A program made the translations under genes and the position numbers. From positions 2,970,129-3,034,128 of the forward strand of contig OX639965.1 of the NCBI GenBank assembly GCA_951828235.1: a stretch of DNA of 64,000 bases. Direction: 5' to 3'. Positions 20,486 through 31,547 of this stretch are shown piece after piece. Position 1 is the stretch's first letter, and the number at the start of each line of letters is the position of its first letter. The DNA comes from an uncultured Gammaproteobacteria bacterium (GTDB lineage Bacteria > Pseudomonadota > Gammaproteobacteria > Steroidobacterales > Foliamicaceae). The notes below the pieces were generated by a model. That model had not been told where the DNA came from. It ran no database searches and saw only the letters and a list, made by a program, of their open reading frames with translations.

Positions 20486-21754
20486 TTATATACTAAGAAT
20501 TATGCGAGCCGGATCTTCAATCGATTTCTTGATTTCCGAAAGAAACAGCACGGCTTCGCGGCCATCCACGATGCGGTGGTCGTAACTGAGTGCGAGATGC
20601 ATCATCGGCCGGGCGACGACCTCGCCGTCCACGACCACGGCCCGCTGTTCGATCCGATGCATGCCGAGGATTCCGCTCTGCGGCGGGTTCAGTATCGGCG
20701 TGGACATCAGCGAGCCGAATACGCCGCCGTTGGTGATCGTAAAGGTGCCGCCGGTCAGCTCGTCCAGCCCGATGGTTCCTTCCCGCGCCCGCGAAGCGAA
20801 TGTGCCTATGGTCTGCTCGACGTCGGCGAAACTCAGCCGGTCGGCGTCACGCAGCACGGGAACCAAAAGCCCGCGCTCGGTGGATACGGCAACGCCGACA
20901 TCGTAGTAATCGTGGTAGACGATCTCATCGCCCTCGACGCTGGCGTTGACTACCGGATAGCGCTTCAGGGCCGCGACGCTCGCGGCCACGAAGAAGCTCA
21001 TGAAGCCCATGCGCACGCCGTGCCGGGCCTCGAAGGCTTCGCCGTGGCGGCGGCGCAGATCAAGCACGGCGCTCATGTCCGCGTCGTTGAAGGTGGTCAG
21101 CATGGCCGCTTCGCGCTGCGATTCCACCATGCGCTGGGCGATGCGGGCCCGCAGGCGGCTCATGGTCTCGCGCCGCTCGCGCCGGGCCGGCTGCGCTGCG
21201 GGAACGGCCGGCTCTTCGACCGTTTCACCGGCATCCGCTTTCGCAGTGTCCGGTTCCTCGACCCGGGCCGCGGTGGCCGCGCCGGCCGCGCTGCTCAGCA
21301 CCGCCAGCACGTCGCGCTTGAGGACCCTGCCCCGCTTGCCGCTGCCCTTGATCGAGGAAATGTCGAGATCGTGTTCTTCCAGCAGGCGCCGGACCGCCGG
21401 CGACATCGCAACGGTGCCGTTTCCGCCGGCCGCCTGCTGCGTTTCCGCCTGCGCTTCCCTGCCTGTGGGGGCCGCGTCCTCCACGTCATCAGCCGAGGCG
21501 CCGGCGTCCGCTGCCGCGCCCAGCACGGCCAGGGGCGTCCCCGCATTCACGACCGCTCCGGTCTCGGCCAGGATTTTTTCCAGCACGCCGTCCGCCGGGG
21601 CCGGCACTTCAAGCACCACCTTGTCCGTCTCCAGGTCGGCGAGGTTCTCGTCCCGCACGACGGACTCGCCCGCCGACTTGTGCCAGGCCAGGACCTTGGC
21701 GTCGGCCACCGATTCGGGAAGCTCCGGCGTTCGAATCTGGATTGAATTGCTCAT
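20486..21754 (-). CDS. sucB: Dihydrolipoyllysine-residue succinyltransferase (2-oxoglutarate dehydrogenase E2)
   Basis: Start at [16 protein letters not shown] (ATG 21754). Lipoyl site [10 protein letters not shown], Ala/Pro-rich linkers, E3-binding SPAVRRLL, catalytic DHRIVDG. Confidence 0.9.
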   Translation of the reverse strand: MSNSIQIRTPELPESVADAKVLAWHKSAGESVVRDENLADLETDKVVLEVPAPADGVLEKILAETGAVVNAGTPLAVLGAAADAGASADDVEDAAPTGREAQAETQQAAGGNGTVAMSPAVRRLLEEHDLDISSIKGSGKRGRVLKRDVLAVLSSAAGAATAARVEEPDTAKADAGETVEEPAVPAAQPARRERRETMSRLRARIAQRMVESQREAAMLTTFNDADMSAVLDLRRRHGEAFEARHGVRMGFMSFFVAASVAALKRYPVVNASVEGDEIVYHDYYDVGVAVSTERGLLVPVLRDADRLSFADVEQTIGTFASRAREGTIGLDELTGGTFTITNGGVFGSLMSTPILNPPQSGILGMHRIEQRAVVVDGEVVARPMMHLALSYDHRIVDGREAVLFLSEIKKSIEDPARIILSI

Positions 21755-21780
21755 AGCCAATGTCCTGTCCTGCTGCCGTG

Positions 21781-24588
<2,808 letters not shown>

Positions 24589-24642
24589 GGCACAAGGAAT
24601 TGTATAGCGCCGACAATAACTGTAGAGGACAATACGCAGCCG

Positions 24643-25383
24643 ATGAACGAACCGGGAATCAGCATCGTGGCGCCGGCCCACGAGGAGGCGGACAACCTGC
24701 CCGGGCTGGTGCGCGGCGTGGCCGACGCCTTTCTTGGTCTGGACGCCTGGGAGCTGATCGTGGTCGATGACGGAAGCCGGGACAACAGTGCCGGTGTGCT
24801 GGCGGGCCTGCAAGGCGAGCACGCCACGCTGAGAGTGGTTCGGCACCTGAACCGGAGGGGCCAGAGCGCCGCCATGTGCACCGGTGCGGACGCCGCTCGA
24901 TTTGCCTGGCTGGGCTTTCTCGACGCCGACGGGCAGAACGATCCAGCCGACCTGGCCCGGCTATATTCCGAAATGCTCCGGAAAGGCGATGCGGCGCCCG
25001 GCATGATCATGGGCCACCGGCAAGAGCGCAAGGACGGCTGGCTGACGCAGGTTTCTTCGCGCGTTGCCAACACAGTGCGCGCCGCCTTGCTAAGGGACCG
25101 AACGCCGGATACGGGCTGCAGCCTGAAAGTCCTGGCCCGGGACGACTTCCTGGCGCTGCCTCGGTTCGATCACATGCACCGTTTTCTGCCGGCGCTCCTG
25201 CTGCGGCAGGGCCTGCAAACCGTTTCCCGCCCGGTGGCGCACTATCCCCGCCGCGCCGGGCGCTCAAAATACGGCTTGGGTAACCGGCTCTGGGCCGGTA
25301 TTGCCGACCTGCCGGGAGTCTGGTGGCTCGGCAGACGGCGCTTCCGTCCCGGAACATCCGAGGAGATACGACACGATGAATGA
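24643..25383 (+). CDS. Family-2 glycosyltransferase, polyprenyl-phosphate sugar synthase type (ArnC/DPM1-like)
   Basis: 246 aa. ISIVAPAHEEADNL, VVDDGSRDNS, DADGQND (DxD), and a C-terminal basic amphipathic tail. Confidence 0.8.
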   Translation: MNEPGISIVAPAHEEADNLPGLVRGVADAFLGLDAWELIVVDDGSRDNSAGVLAGLQGEHATLRVVRHLNRRGQSAAMCTGADAARFAWLGFLDADGQNDPADLARLYSEMLRKGDAAPGMIMGHRQERKDGWLTQVSSRVANTVRAALLRDRTPDTGCSLKVLARDDFLALPRFDHMHRFLPALLLRQGLQTVSRPVAHYPRRAGRSKYGLGNRLWAGIADLPGVWWLGRRRFRPGTSEEIRHDE

Positions 25384-25684
25384 GTTGATTCAGCAATGGC
25401 TGGCGCTGCCCACCGCCGACCTGGTCTGGCTGGCGGTAGGGTTCGGAGGGCAGGCCATATTCGCGTCGCGCTTCCTCTACCAATGGATCGTGAGCGAACG
25501 CGCGGGCCGCAGCCATATTCCGCGGGCCTTCTGGTACCTGAGCCTGGCCGGCGGACTCACGCTGCTCAGCTACGCCATTCATCGCGGCGACCCCGTGTTC
25601 ATCCTGGGCCAGACCACCGGCGCCGTGATCTATATCCGCAACCTGGCCCTCCTGCACCGCCGCGGCCAGCTTGAGTCCACCTGA
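25376..25684 (+). CDS. Lipid-A-disaccharide-synthase-N-terminal-domain (LAB_N) small membrane protein
   Basis: Start at MNELIQQW (ATG 25376, overlaps the GT2 stop). ~102 aa, 3 TM helices, QAIFASRFLYQWIVSE motif. This family typically sits between a GT2 and an ArnT-like gene. Confidence 0.7.
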   Translation: MNELIQQWLALPTADLVWLAVGFGGQAIFASRFLYQWIVSERAGRSHIPRAFWYLSLAGGLTLLSYAIHRGDPVFILGQTTGAVIYIRNLALLHRRGQLEST

Positions 25685-25687
25685 CGT

Positions 25688-27370
25688 TTGCAAATAAGAA
25701 AGAACGAAATCTGGCTCGCAGCGGCCGCCGTGATGATGATCGCCGCGGGCCTGGGCCTGCGCGATCCCTGGGCGCCCGACGAGCCCCGCTACGCGCTGAT
25801 CGCCGCGGAAATGCTCCAATCGGGCGACTGGTCGGTGACCCGGCTCGGCGGAGTGATCTACGCGGAAAAGCCGCCGGTCTATTTCTGGCTGCTGGCCGCG
25901 GCCCAGTGGCTGGCCGGTCTCCGCCCCGGGTTCCAGTTGCCGTCTCTGATGGCCGGCATGGGAAGTCTTGTGCTCGTCTGGGACCTTGCCCGGAGGCTGT
26001 GGTCGCGCGAGACAGGCTGGTGGGCGGCCCTGGGGCTGCTTGCCTGTTTGCAATTCGCGATGCAGGCCCGCAGCGCGCAGATCGACGCGGTCCTGTGCTT
26101 CTTCACCACGCTGAGCCTGTACGGTCTGCTACGCCACCTCCTGAAGGGGCCGGACTGGCGCTGGTTTTGCCTCGGCTGCCTTGCCGCGGGAGTGGGTGTA
26201 ATGACCAAGGGCGTGGGCTTTCTGCCGCTGCTTGTGCTCCTGCCGTGGGCCGGATTGCGTTGGGCCGGCTGGAGCCTTCCGCGGATTGGAGGCGGCCTGC
26301 GCTGGCTGCTGGGACCGGTGGCGTTTTTCGTGCCCCTGGCGCTCTGGCTGGTCCCGCTAATGCTCAGGGCCCAGGGCGATCCTGAAATCGCCGGTTACCT
26401 CGACAACCTGCTGTTCCGTCAGACCATTACCCGCTACGCCGACCCCTGGCACCACCTCCAGCCGTTCTGGTACTTCTTCGTGGAAGTCATTCCATGGGCC
26501 TGGTTCCCGCTCGTCCTCCTGTCGCCCTGGCTTGCCGTGCGCTGGGCGCGCCGCTGGCGCGACCGCGACGCGAGCCTCGTACTGCTTGGCGGCTGGATCG
26601 CACTGGTCCTTGTGTTCTTTTCGATCAGTTCCGCCAAGCGCGACGTCTACCTGCTGCCGGCGGCGCCCGCACTGGCGCTGCTTTCTGCACCTTATCTCTC
26701 CGAGCTCGCGACCCGCTTGTCCTGCCGCCGTGTCCTGCGCGCCACGGCGCTGCTGCTGTCGCTGATCCTGGCTGCCGGTTCCGCATGGCTGCTTTTCGTG
26801 GACCTGGAGCGGCTGTCCGAATTGTCGGCCAGGTACGAGACCGGAGTCGCACCTCTCTGGACGCTGTTCTTCGCGGCGCTGACCGGCGCCGTGCTTGCGC
26901 TGGCTGTGCCGTCGAGCCGCGCTGCGGCAATGTTCGCGACGTTCATGCTTCTCGGTTGCCAAGTCTGGGGCTGGGCGCTGCAACCCCAGATCAATGACGC
27001 CCGCTCGGGAGGCCCCATCGCGGCCCGCGCCCTGAACGCCATGCCCGCCGGCGCCTCATTGGGGTTGGCCCACTGGCGTGCCCAGCAGGTACTGCATCTT
27101 GACCGGCCCGTCGTGCATTTCCAGGCCGGCGGGCTTTCAGGACAGGCAGAAATGGAACAGGCCGCCGCGTGGCTCGCGATGGACGGGGAGCGCCGGCTGC
27201 TGGTGCCGTCCGAACACCGTCAGCCGTGCTTCAGAGCGGAGAGCGGATTGCGCCTGGGACACGCCCATCGGCGCGACTGGGTGCTGTTGTCGTCCGAGGA
27301 CGCGAGCGGCGCCTGCGCCGCGAATGCCGATCCCGCGAGCTGGATCCACCTTCCGGCGCTGCGACCCTAG
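25688..27370 (+). CDS. ArnT/PMT-like (GT39/GT83-type) polyprenyl-phosphate-sugar-dependent glycosyltransferase
   Basis: 560 aa from TTG. More than 10 TM helices, DEPRYALIAAEM (DE motif in the first periplasmic loop), YAEKPPVYFWL. Confidence 0.75.
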   Translation: MQIRKNEIWLAAAAVMMIAAGLGLRDPWAPDEPRYALIAAEMLQSGDWSVTRLGGVIYAEKPPVYFWLLAAAQWLAGLRPGFQLPSLMAGMGSLVLVWDLARRLWSRETGWWAALGLLACLQFAMQARSAQIDAVLCFFTTLSLYGLLRHLLKGPDWRWFCLGCLAAGVGVMTKGVGFLPLLVLLPWAGLRWAGWSLPRIGGGLRWLLGPVAFFVPLALWLVPLMLRAQGDPEIAGYLDNLLFRQTITRYADPWHHLQPFWYFFVEVIPWAWFPLVLLSPWLAVRWARRWRDRDASLVLLGGWIALVLVFFSISSAKRDVYLLPAAPALALLSAPYLSELATRLSCRRVLRATALLLSLILAAGSAWLLFVDLERLSELSARYETGVAPLWTLFFAALTGAVLALAVPSSRAAAMFATFMLLGCQVWGWALQPQINDARSGGPIAARALNAMPAGASLGLAHWRAQQVLHLDRPVVHFQAGGLSGQAEMEQAAAWLAMDGERRLLVPSEHRQPCFRAESGLRLGHAHRRDWVLLSSEDASGACAANADPASWIHLPALRP

Positions 27371-27410
27371 CGCCGTGTCAGGCAGGCAATGGCAGGCTGA
27401 ACCGCAGAAT

Positions 27411-28382
27411 TCACCCGCAATACTCCCGGAACCAGCGGGCGAACTCGCGCAATCCTTGCTTCAGCTCCGTTCCCGGCTCGAATCCGAGGTCCCGGCGCAT
27501 GGCGGAAATGTCCGGCAGCGTCGCCCGCATCTCGCCGGGCGGCTCCGGATGAAACTCGATCTCGTACTCGCAGCGCATTTCCCTGGCGAGAATCCGGATG
27601 AATTCCAGCAGTTCCACGTCCTGATCGGAACCGAGATTGTAGAGCGCTGCCGCAGGCTGCCGGGCAGGCGCTCCGCGCTCAAGTATGGCCAGCGTTCCCA
27701 TAACGGCATCGTCGATATACGTGAACGCCCGCCGTTGCCGCCCGTCGCCGAATACCTTAAGCGGCCGTTCCGCCCGCAAATCCTCGGCAAAGGTCATCGC
27801 CGCCATGTCCGGGCGTCCCCAGGGACCGTACACCGTAAAGTAGCGAATGCCGGTGCTGGGCAGCCCATGTATACAGGCATGGGAATAGGCCAGCAGCTCC
27901 CCAGCGCGCTTGGTGGCCGCATACAGGCTCCTGGGTCGATCGGCAGCGTCTTTTTCGGAAAAGGGCGTCTCTTCCGTGTCGCCATACACCGACGAGGACG
28001 AGGCATAAAGCAGATGCCGCACGCCGTTTTGGACGCAGCACTCCAGCAGCGTGCAAAAGCCGGCGATGTTGCTTGATATGTATTGCTGCGGCGCATCGAT
28101 CGAATAGCGCACGCCGGCCTGCGCCGCCAGATGCACGACCTGCCGGAAACGGTGCTTCGCGAACAAGGCTTGCATCCCATGCTGGTCCGTCAGGTCCAGC
28201 CTGTGAAACGAAAAACCGTCATGCTGCCGCAACCGGGCGAGTCGGGCGTGCTTCAGCGCCGGATCATAGTACGCATTCAGGTTGTCCAGCCCGACAACCT
28301 CCCCGCCATCGGACAATAGCGCCTCCGCGACTGCGTGACCGATAAAACCGGCCGCGCCAGTAATCAGAATCGGCGCGCTAAT
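27411..28382 (-). CDS. NAD-dependent nucleotide-sugar epimerase (UDP-glucuronate 4-epimerase-like); start codon non-canonical or damaged
   Basis: VVGLDNLNAYYDPALK, YASSSSVYG and YAATKRAGEL (YxxxK). The Rossmann motif ILITGAAGFIGH is encoded upstream of the first ATG/GTG/TTG (28316), in frame, with only ATT (28382, 28370) and CTG available before the in-frame TAA at 28400-28398. Confidence 0.75.
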   Translation of the reverse strand: MSAPILITGAAGFIGHAVAEALLSDGGEVVGLDNLNAYYDPALKHARLARLRQHDGFSFHRLDLTDQHGMQALFAKHRFRQVVHLAAQAGVRYSIDAPQQYISSNIAGFCTLLECCVQNGVRHLLYASSSSVYGDTEETPFSEKDAADRPRSLYAATKRAGELLAYSHACIHGLPSTGIRYFTVYGPWGRPDMAAMTFAEDLRAERPLKVFGDGRQRRAFTYIDDAVMGTLAILERGAPARQPAAALYNLGSDQDVELLEFIRILAREMRCEYEIEFHPEPPGEMRATLPDISAMRRDLGFEPGTELKQGLREFARWFREYCG

Positions 28383-28406
28383 CGGCGTATCGGACCGTTA
28401 CAAATG

Positions 28407-28745
28407 CTACTGGATGGCCGCTTCGGAAGTCTCGCGCGAAGAAATCAGGATTCCTTCCATACGCGCCACGCGTTGGGCAACCTCGCTAATGCTGGACGCA
28501 AAGCTGTCGAACCGGGCTTCAATCCGGTCCATGCGGGCTTCAATCCGGTCCATGCGGGCTTCGAGCGCATCCAGGCGGGCTTCAATAGCATCCATCCGGC
28601 CTTCCAGCATGCCCACCCGAGCGTCCAGATCGCTGAGCCGGGACTCGATGCGATCCAGGCGGGCAACGGTTCGCAACTGCAGCGGAAGGACAACGGCAAG
28701 CACCGCGCCCGCCGTCCCGATAATGGTGATGAACTGCTCAATCAT
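28407..28745 (-). CDS. Small membrane-anchored coiled-coil protein with heptad tandem repeats
   Basis: Start at MIEQFITIIGTAGAVLAVVL (ATG 28745), ~112 aa. One TM helix followed by RLDRIESRLSDLDARVGMLEGRMDAIEARLDALEARMDRIEARMDRIEARFD. The longer listed ORF would overlap the MFS gene. Confidence 0.5.
   Translation of the reverse strand: MIEQFITIIGTAGAVLAVVLPLQLRTVARLDRIESRLSDLDARVGMLEGRMDAIEARLDALEARMDRIEARMDRIEARFDSFASSISEVAQRVARMEGILISSRETSEAAIQ
28514..28597. repeat. 21-bp tandem repeat (4 units, the first two identical) inside the coiled-coil gene
   Basis: gggcttcaatccggtccatgc occurs twice exactly (28514-28534, 28535-28555), followed by two degenerate units. Encodes the ARMDRIE heptads on the minus strand. 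Confidence 0.85.
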
Positions 28746-28834
28746 GGGGCTTTCCCTGCTCCCGCTTCCTGCACGCGATTCTGTACGCTGCCAGGAAAAA
28801 AGACAATACAGAAACCGCAGGCTGAACGCACAAT

Positions 28835-30145
28835 TTACGTCGAGGTGCGGACCTCCTTCGCGGACATGCCCGGTGCACGCACCAGCACGAACAGCGCAAC
28901 CAGGACGACAAGGAAATTGATGACGCCCATCATCGCAAACGGCGCGCCCCTGCCGATCTTGTCGAACACGATTCCGCCAATGAAGCTCGTGCACAGGATC
29001 GAAAATGCCCCCACGAGCCCGAACACGCCCACCACCGCGCCCCGCCGCTCCCTGGGCGCTTCCTGGCCCAACAGGGCGCCGCCCGATAACAGCGCGGCAA
29101 TCTCACCGATGCCCACGGCAACACTGGCCAGAAGGGCGCCGGTAACAAAGGGGTCCTTGGCCAGGTACATGGCGAAATAGGCGACTCCGGCCATGCTGAA
29201 ACCGAGGCACACGGTCACCACCCGGTTCAGGCGGTCGGCGATGAATCCCATGATGGGAGACCAAAGGACGCTGGTCCCGAAAACGAGGGCGAACATGATG
29301 CCCGCTCTTTGCATGCCCTCGGCACTGGTCAGCCCCACGTCATTGCTGTGCTGGACCACCCACAGCGGAAGGAAAATGCCCACGGCCACCAGGTCGCCCC
29401 TGGAAGCGAAGGATGTCATGTAGGCCAGGGCGATCCGGGGATTTCTCGCGGCCTCGGAAAACCCCTTGCCGACGTTTTTCCAGAGGGGCTCGCGTGGCTT
29501 GCTCTGCGCAACCCGTCCCGAACGCCAGGCCAGGCGGATCACCAGCGCGACGAACAGCGCAAACCCGACCATCAGCCAGCACGTGTAGATCCCCGCGTCC
29601 GCCGGGCTGATTCCGTATTCCTGCAGGTAACCGGGCAGATTGCCGATATTCCGCGACATCACCGCCATGCCCACAGCAGTGCAAATGCTGCCGAGTCCGA
29701 GGAGCATTCCGCGCGAACGGTTGGCGGGCAGGTCCTGCAGCGACGCCCCGTACATTACCGGGGCAATCGCGGCGCCTATGGCGAACACCGCGCGGTAGGC
29801 GAAAATCTGGAATTCACTCTGCGCCAGCGGGTAGATCAGCAGGCCCAGGGCCACGAAGCCCAGGCCGATGACCATGATCACGCGGCGGCCGAAATTGTCC
29901 GAGGCCGCGCCCACAATGCCCATCAGCAGCAGGACCACGATCTCCTGCATGGACGCCAGTTGTCCGGTCAGTTGCCCCTGGTTCTCGGTGATGCCAAAGA
30001 CTTCCGTCAGGAGATACGGCTGGATGAAACCGATGAAGCCAAGAAGCGGAATGACGGTGAGTCCGGCAAACATGACGCCTCCGGCATTCAGCCAGGTATA
30101 CCCGACCGTCAGGGTCAGCGGACCGATTCGCCGGGGTTCGCTCAT
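28835..30145 (-). CDS. MFS transporter (tandem paralog 1)
   Basis: 436 aa, ~12 TM helices, MFS motif A-like GAASDNFGRRV. Collinear similarity to the 30179-31492 product. Confidence 0.85.
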   Translation of the reverse strand: MSEPRRIGPLTLTVGYTWLNAGGVMFAGLTVIPLLGFIGFIQPYLLTEVFGITENQGQLTGQLASMQEIVVLLLMGIVGAASDNFGRRVIMVIGLGFVALGLLIYPLAQSEFQIFAYRAVFAIGAAIAPVMYGASLQDLPANRSRGMLLGLGSICTAVGMAVMSRNIGNLPGYLQEYGISPADAGIYTCWLMVGFALFVALVIRLAWRSGRVAQSKPREPLWKNVGKGFSEAARNPRIALAYMTSFASRGDLVAVGIFLPLWVVQHSNDVGLTSAEGMQRAGIMFALVFGTSVLWSPIMGFIADRLNRVVTVCLGFSMAGVAYFAMYLAKDPFVTGALLASVAVGIGEIAALLSGGALLGQEAPRERRGAVVGVFGLVGAFSILCTSFIGGIVFDKIGRGAPFAMMGVINFLVVLVALFVLVRAPGMSAKEVRTST

Positions 30146-30178
30146 TTCATTATTCCTGGTGTCGTGTCATGCCTGTAG

Positions 30179-31492
30179 TCAGGTCGAGTTGCGAACGTCC
30201 TGCGCCGACATGCCCGGTGCGCGGAAAAATACATAGAGGGCAACCACCGCAACGATGAGGTTGACGATGCCCATCATGAAAAACGGCGCCGTACGGCTTA
30301 TTGCGTCGAAAACAATGCCGCCAAAATAGCTGGTGCAGAGGATCGAGGACGCCCCGATAAGACCGAACACGCCGACAACCGCACCGCGCCGGGCTTTCGG
30401 TGCTTCCTGGCCGAGAAGGACATTGCCCGTGATGATTACGGAGATTTCGCCGATGCCCACGAATACGCACGCGACAAGCGCAATGTTCACGTACGGGTCC
30501 TCTATCATCGACATGCCCAGATATGCGGCGCCGGCAACCGTAAACGCAATGCACACTGCCAGAACGCGATTCATGCGGTCGACAAACCTCCCGATAAACA
30601 CGGACACCAAGAGCCCAATTCCCTGAATCGCCGCAATCATGACGCCCGCCCGCTTCAGTCCTTCGGCGGTACTCAGGCCAGCGTCCCTGCCGTCCTGCAC
30701 GACCCAGAGCGAAAGGAAGGTAAGAATCACGACCAGGTCGCCCCTGGAAGCGAAAGACGTCAGGTAGGCGAGAGTCATCCGCGGATTCCGGACGGCTTCG
30801 GAGAACCCCTGCCCCACGTTTTTCCAGACGGGCTCGCGCGGTTCGCTTGCGGCGACGCGGCCGGCGCGCCAGGACAGGCGCACCATCACCGCAACCACAG
30901 CAGCGAAACCGACCATGCACCAGCAGGTATAGATGCCGGCATCCTGCGGCGTTACGCCTTGCGCCACCAGGTACTCGGGCAGCCTGCCGACGGTCAGCGA
31001 CATCACCAGGATGCCCAGCCCCGTGGCAATGGCGCCGAATCCTATGAACAGGCCGCGGGAACGATTTGCCGGCGTGTCCTGCACGGAAGTCCCGTACATG
31101 ATGGGGGCCGTCGCCGCACCGAGCGCGAACACCGCCCGGTATCCGTACATCTGCAATTCGTTGTCGGCCAGCGGATACAGCAACAGGCCAAAGCCCACCA
31201 GGCATAGCCCCAGGACCATGATCACGCGCCGTCCGAAATTGTCGGATGCTGCTCCTACCACGCCCATCAGCAGAAGCACGATAACTTCCTGCAGGACCGC
31301 CAGCTGCCCCGTCAGCCGCCCCTGGATCGCGGGGTCGATCCGAAAAACCTCCTCGAGAAGGAACGGCATGATCAGGCCCATGAACCCGAGCAGGGGGATG
31401 ATCGAGAATCCCCCAAGCAGCACGCCGAACGCGTTCAGCCGCGTGTAGCCGTCCGCAAGGACGATCGGCCCGAATTTTCTCGTCTCGCTCAT
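30179..31492 (-). CDS. MFS transporter (tandem paralog 2)
   Basis: 437 aa. Same architecture and motifs (GAASDNFGRRVIMV) as the downstream paralog. Confidence 0.85.
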   Translation of the reverse strand: MSETRKFGPIVLADGYTRLNAFGVLLGGFSIIPLLGFMGLIMPFLLEEVFRIDPAIQGRLTGQLAVLQEVIVLLLMGVVGAASDNFGRRVIMVLGLCLVGFGLLLYPLADNELQMYGYRAVFALGAATAPIMYGTSVQDTPANRSRGLFIGFGAIATGLGILVMSLTVGRLPEYLVAQGVTPQDAGIYTCWCMVGFAAVVAVMVRLSWRAGRVAASEPREPVWKNVGQGFSEAVRNPRMTLAYLTSFASRGDLVVILTFLSLWVVQDGRDAGLSTAEGLKRAGVMIAAIQGIGLLVSVFIGRFVDRMNRVLAVCIAFTVAGAAYLGMSMIEDPYVNIALVACVFVGIGEISVIITGNVLLGQEAPKARRGAVVGVFGLIGASSILCTSYFGGIVFDAISRTAPFFMMGIVNLIVAVVALYVFFRAPGMSAQDVRNST

Positions 31493-31547
31493 GAGCTACG
31501 CACCAGGGAAAGAGAGCGCCCCGCCCTCACGCAGCCGCTTGCCGGAA

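Noticed and set aside
19055-21745. 896-aa plus-strand ORF (and similar long ORFs such as 10773-12287 +, 12492-13886 +, 17741-18943 +, 22315-23607 +, 55041-56489 -, 58193-59041 -).
   Set aside because: They lie antisense to, or out of frame with, genes carrying unmistakable family motifs (lpdA/sucB, tol-pal, ruvC/yebC, sucA, cyclase, ABC). Their translations are low-complexity Arg/Ala/Gly/Pro-rich, the usual shadow ORFs of high-GC DNA.
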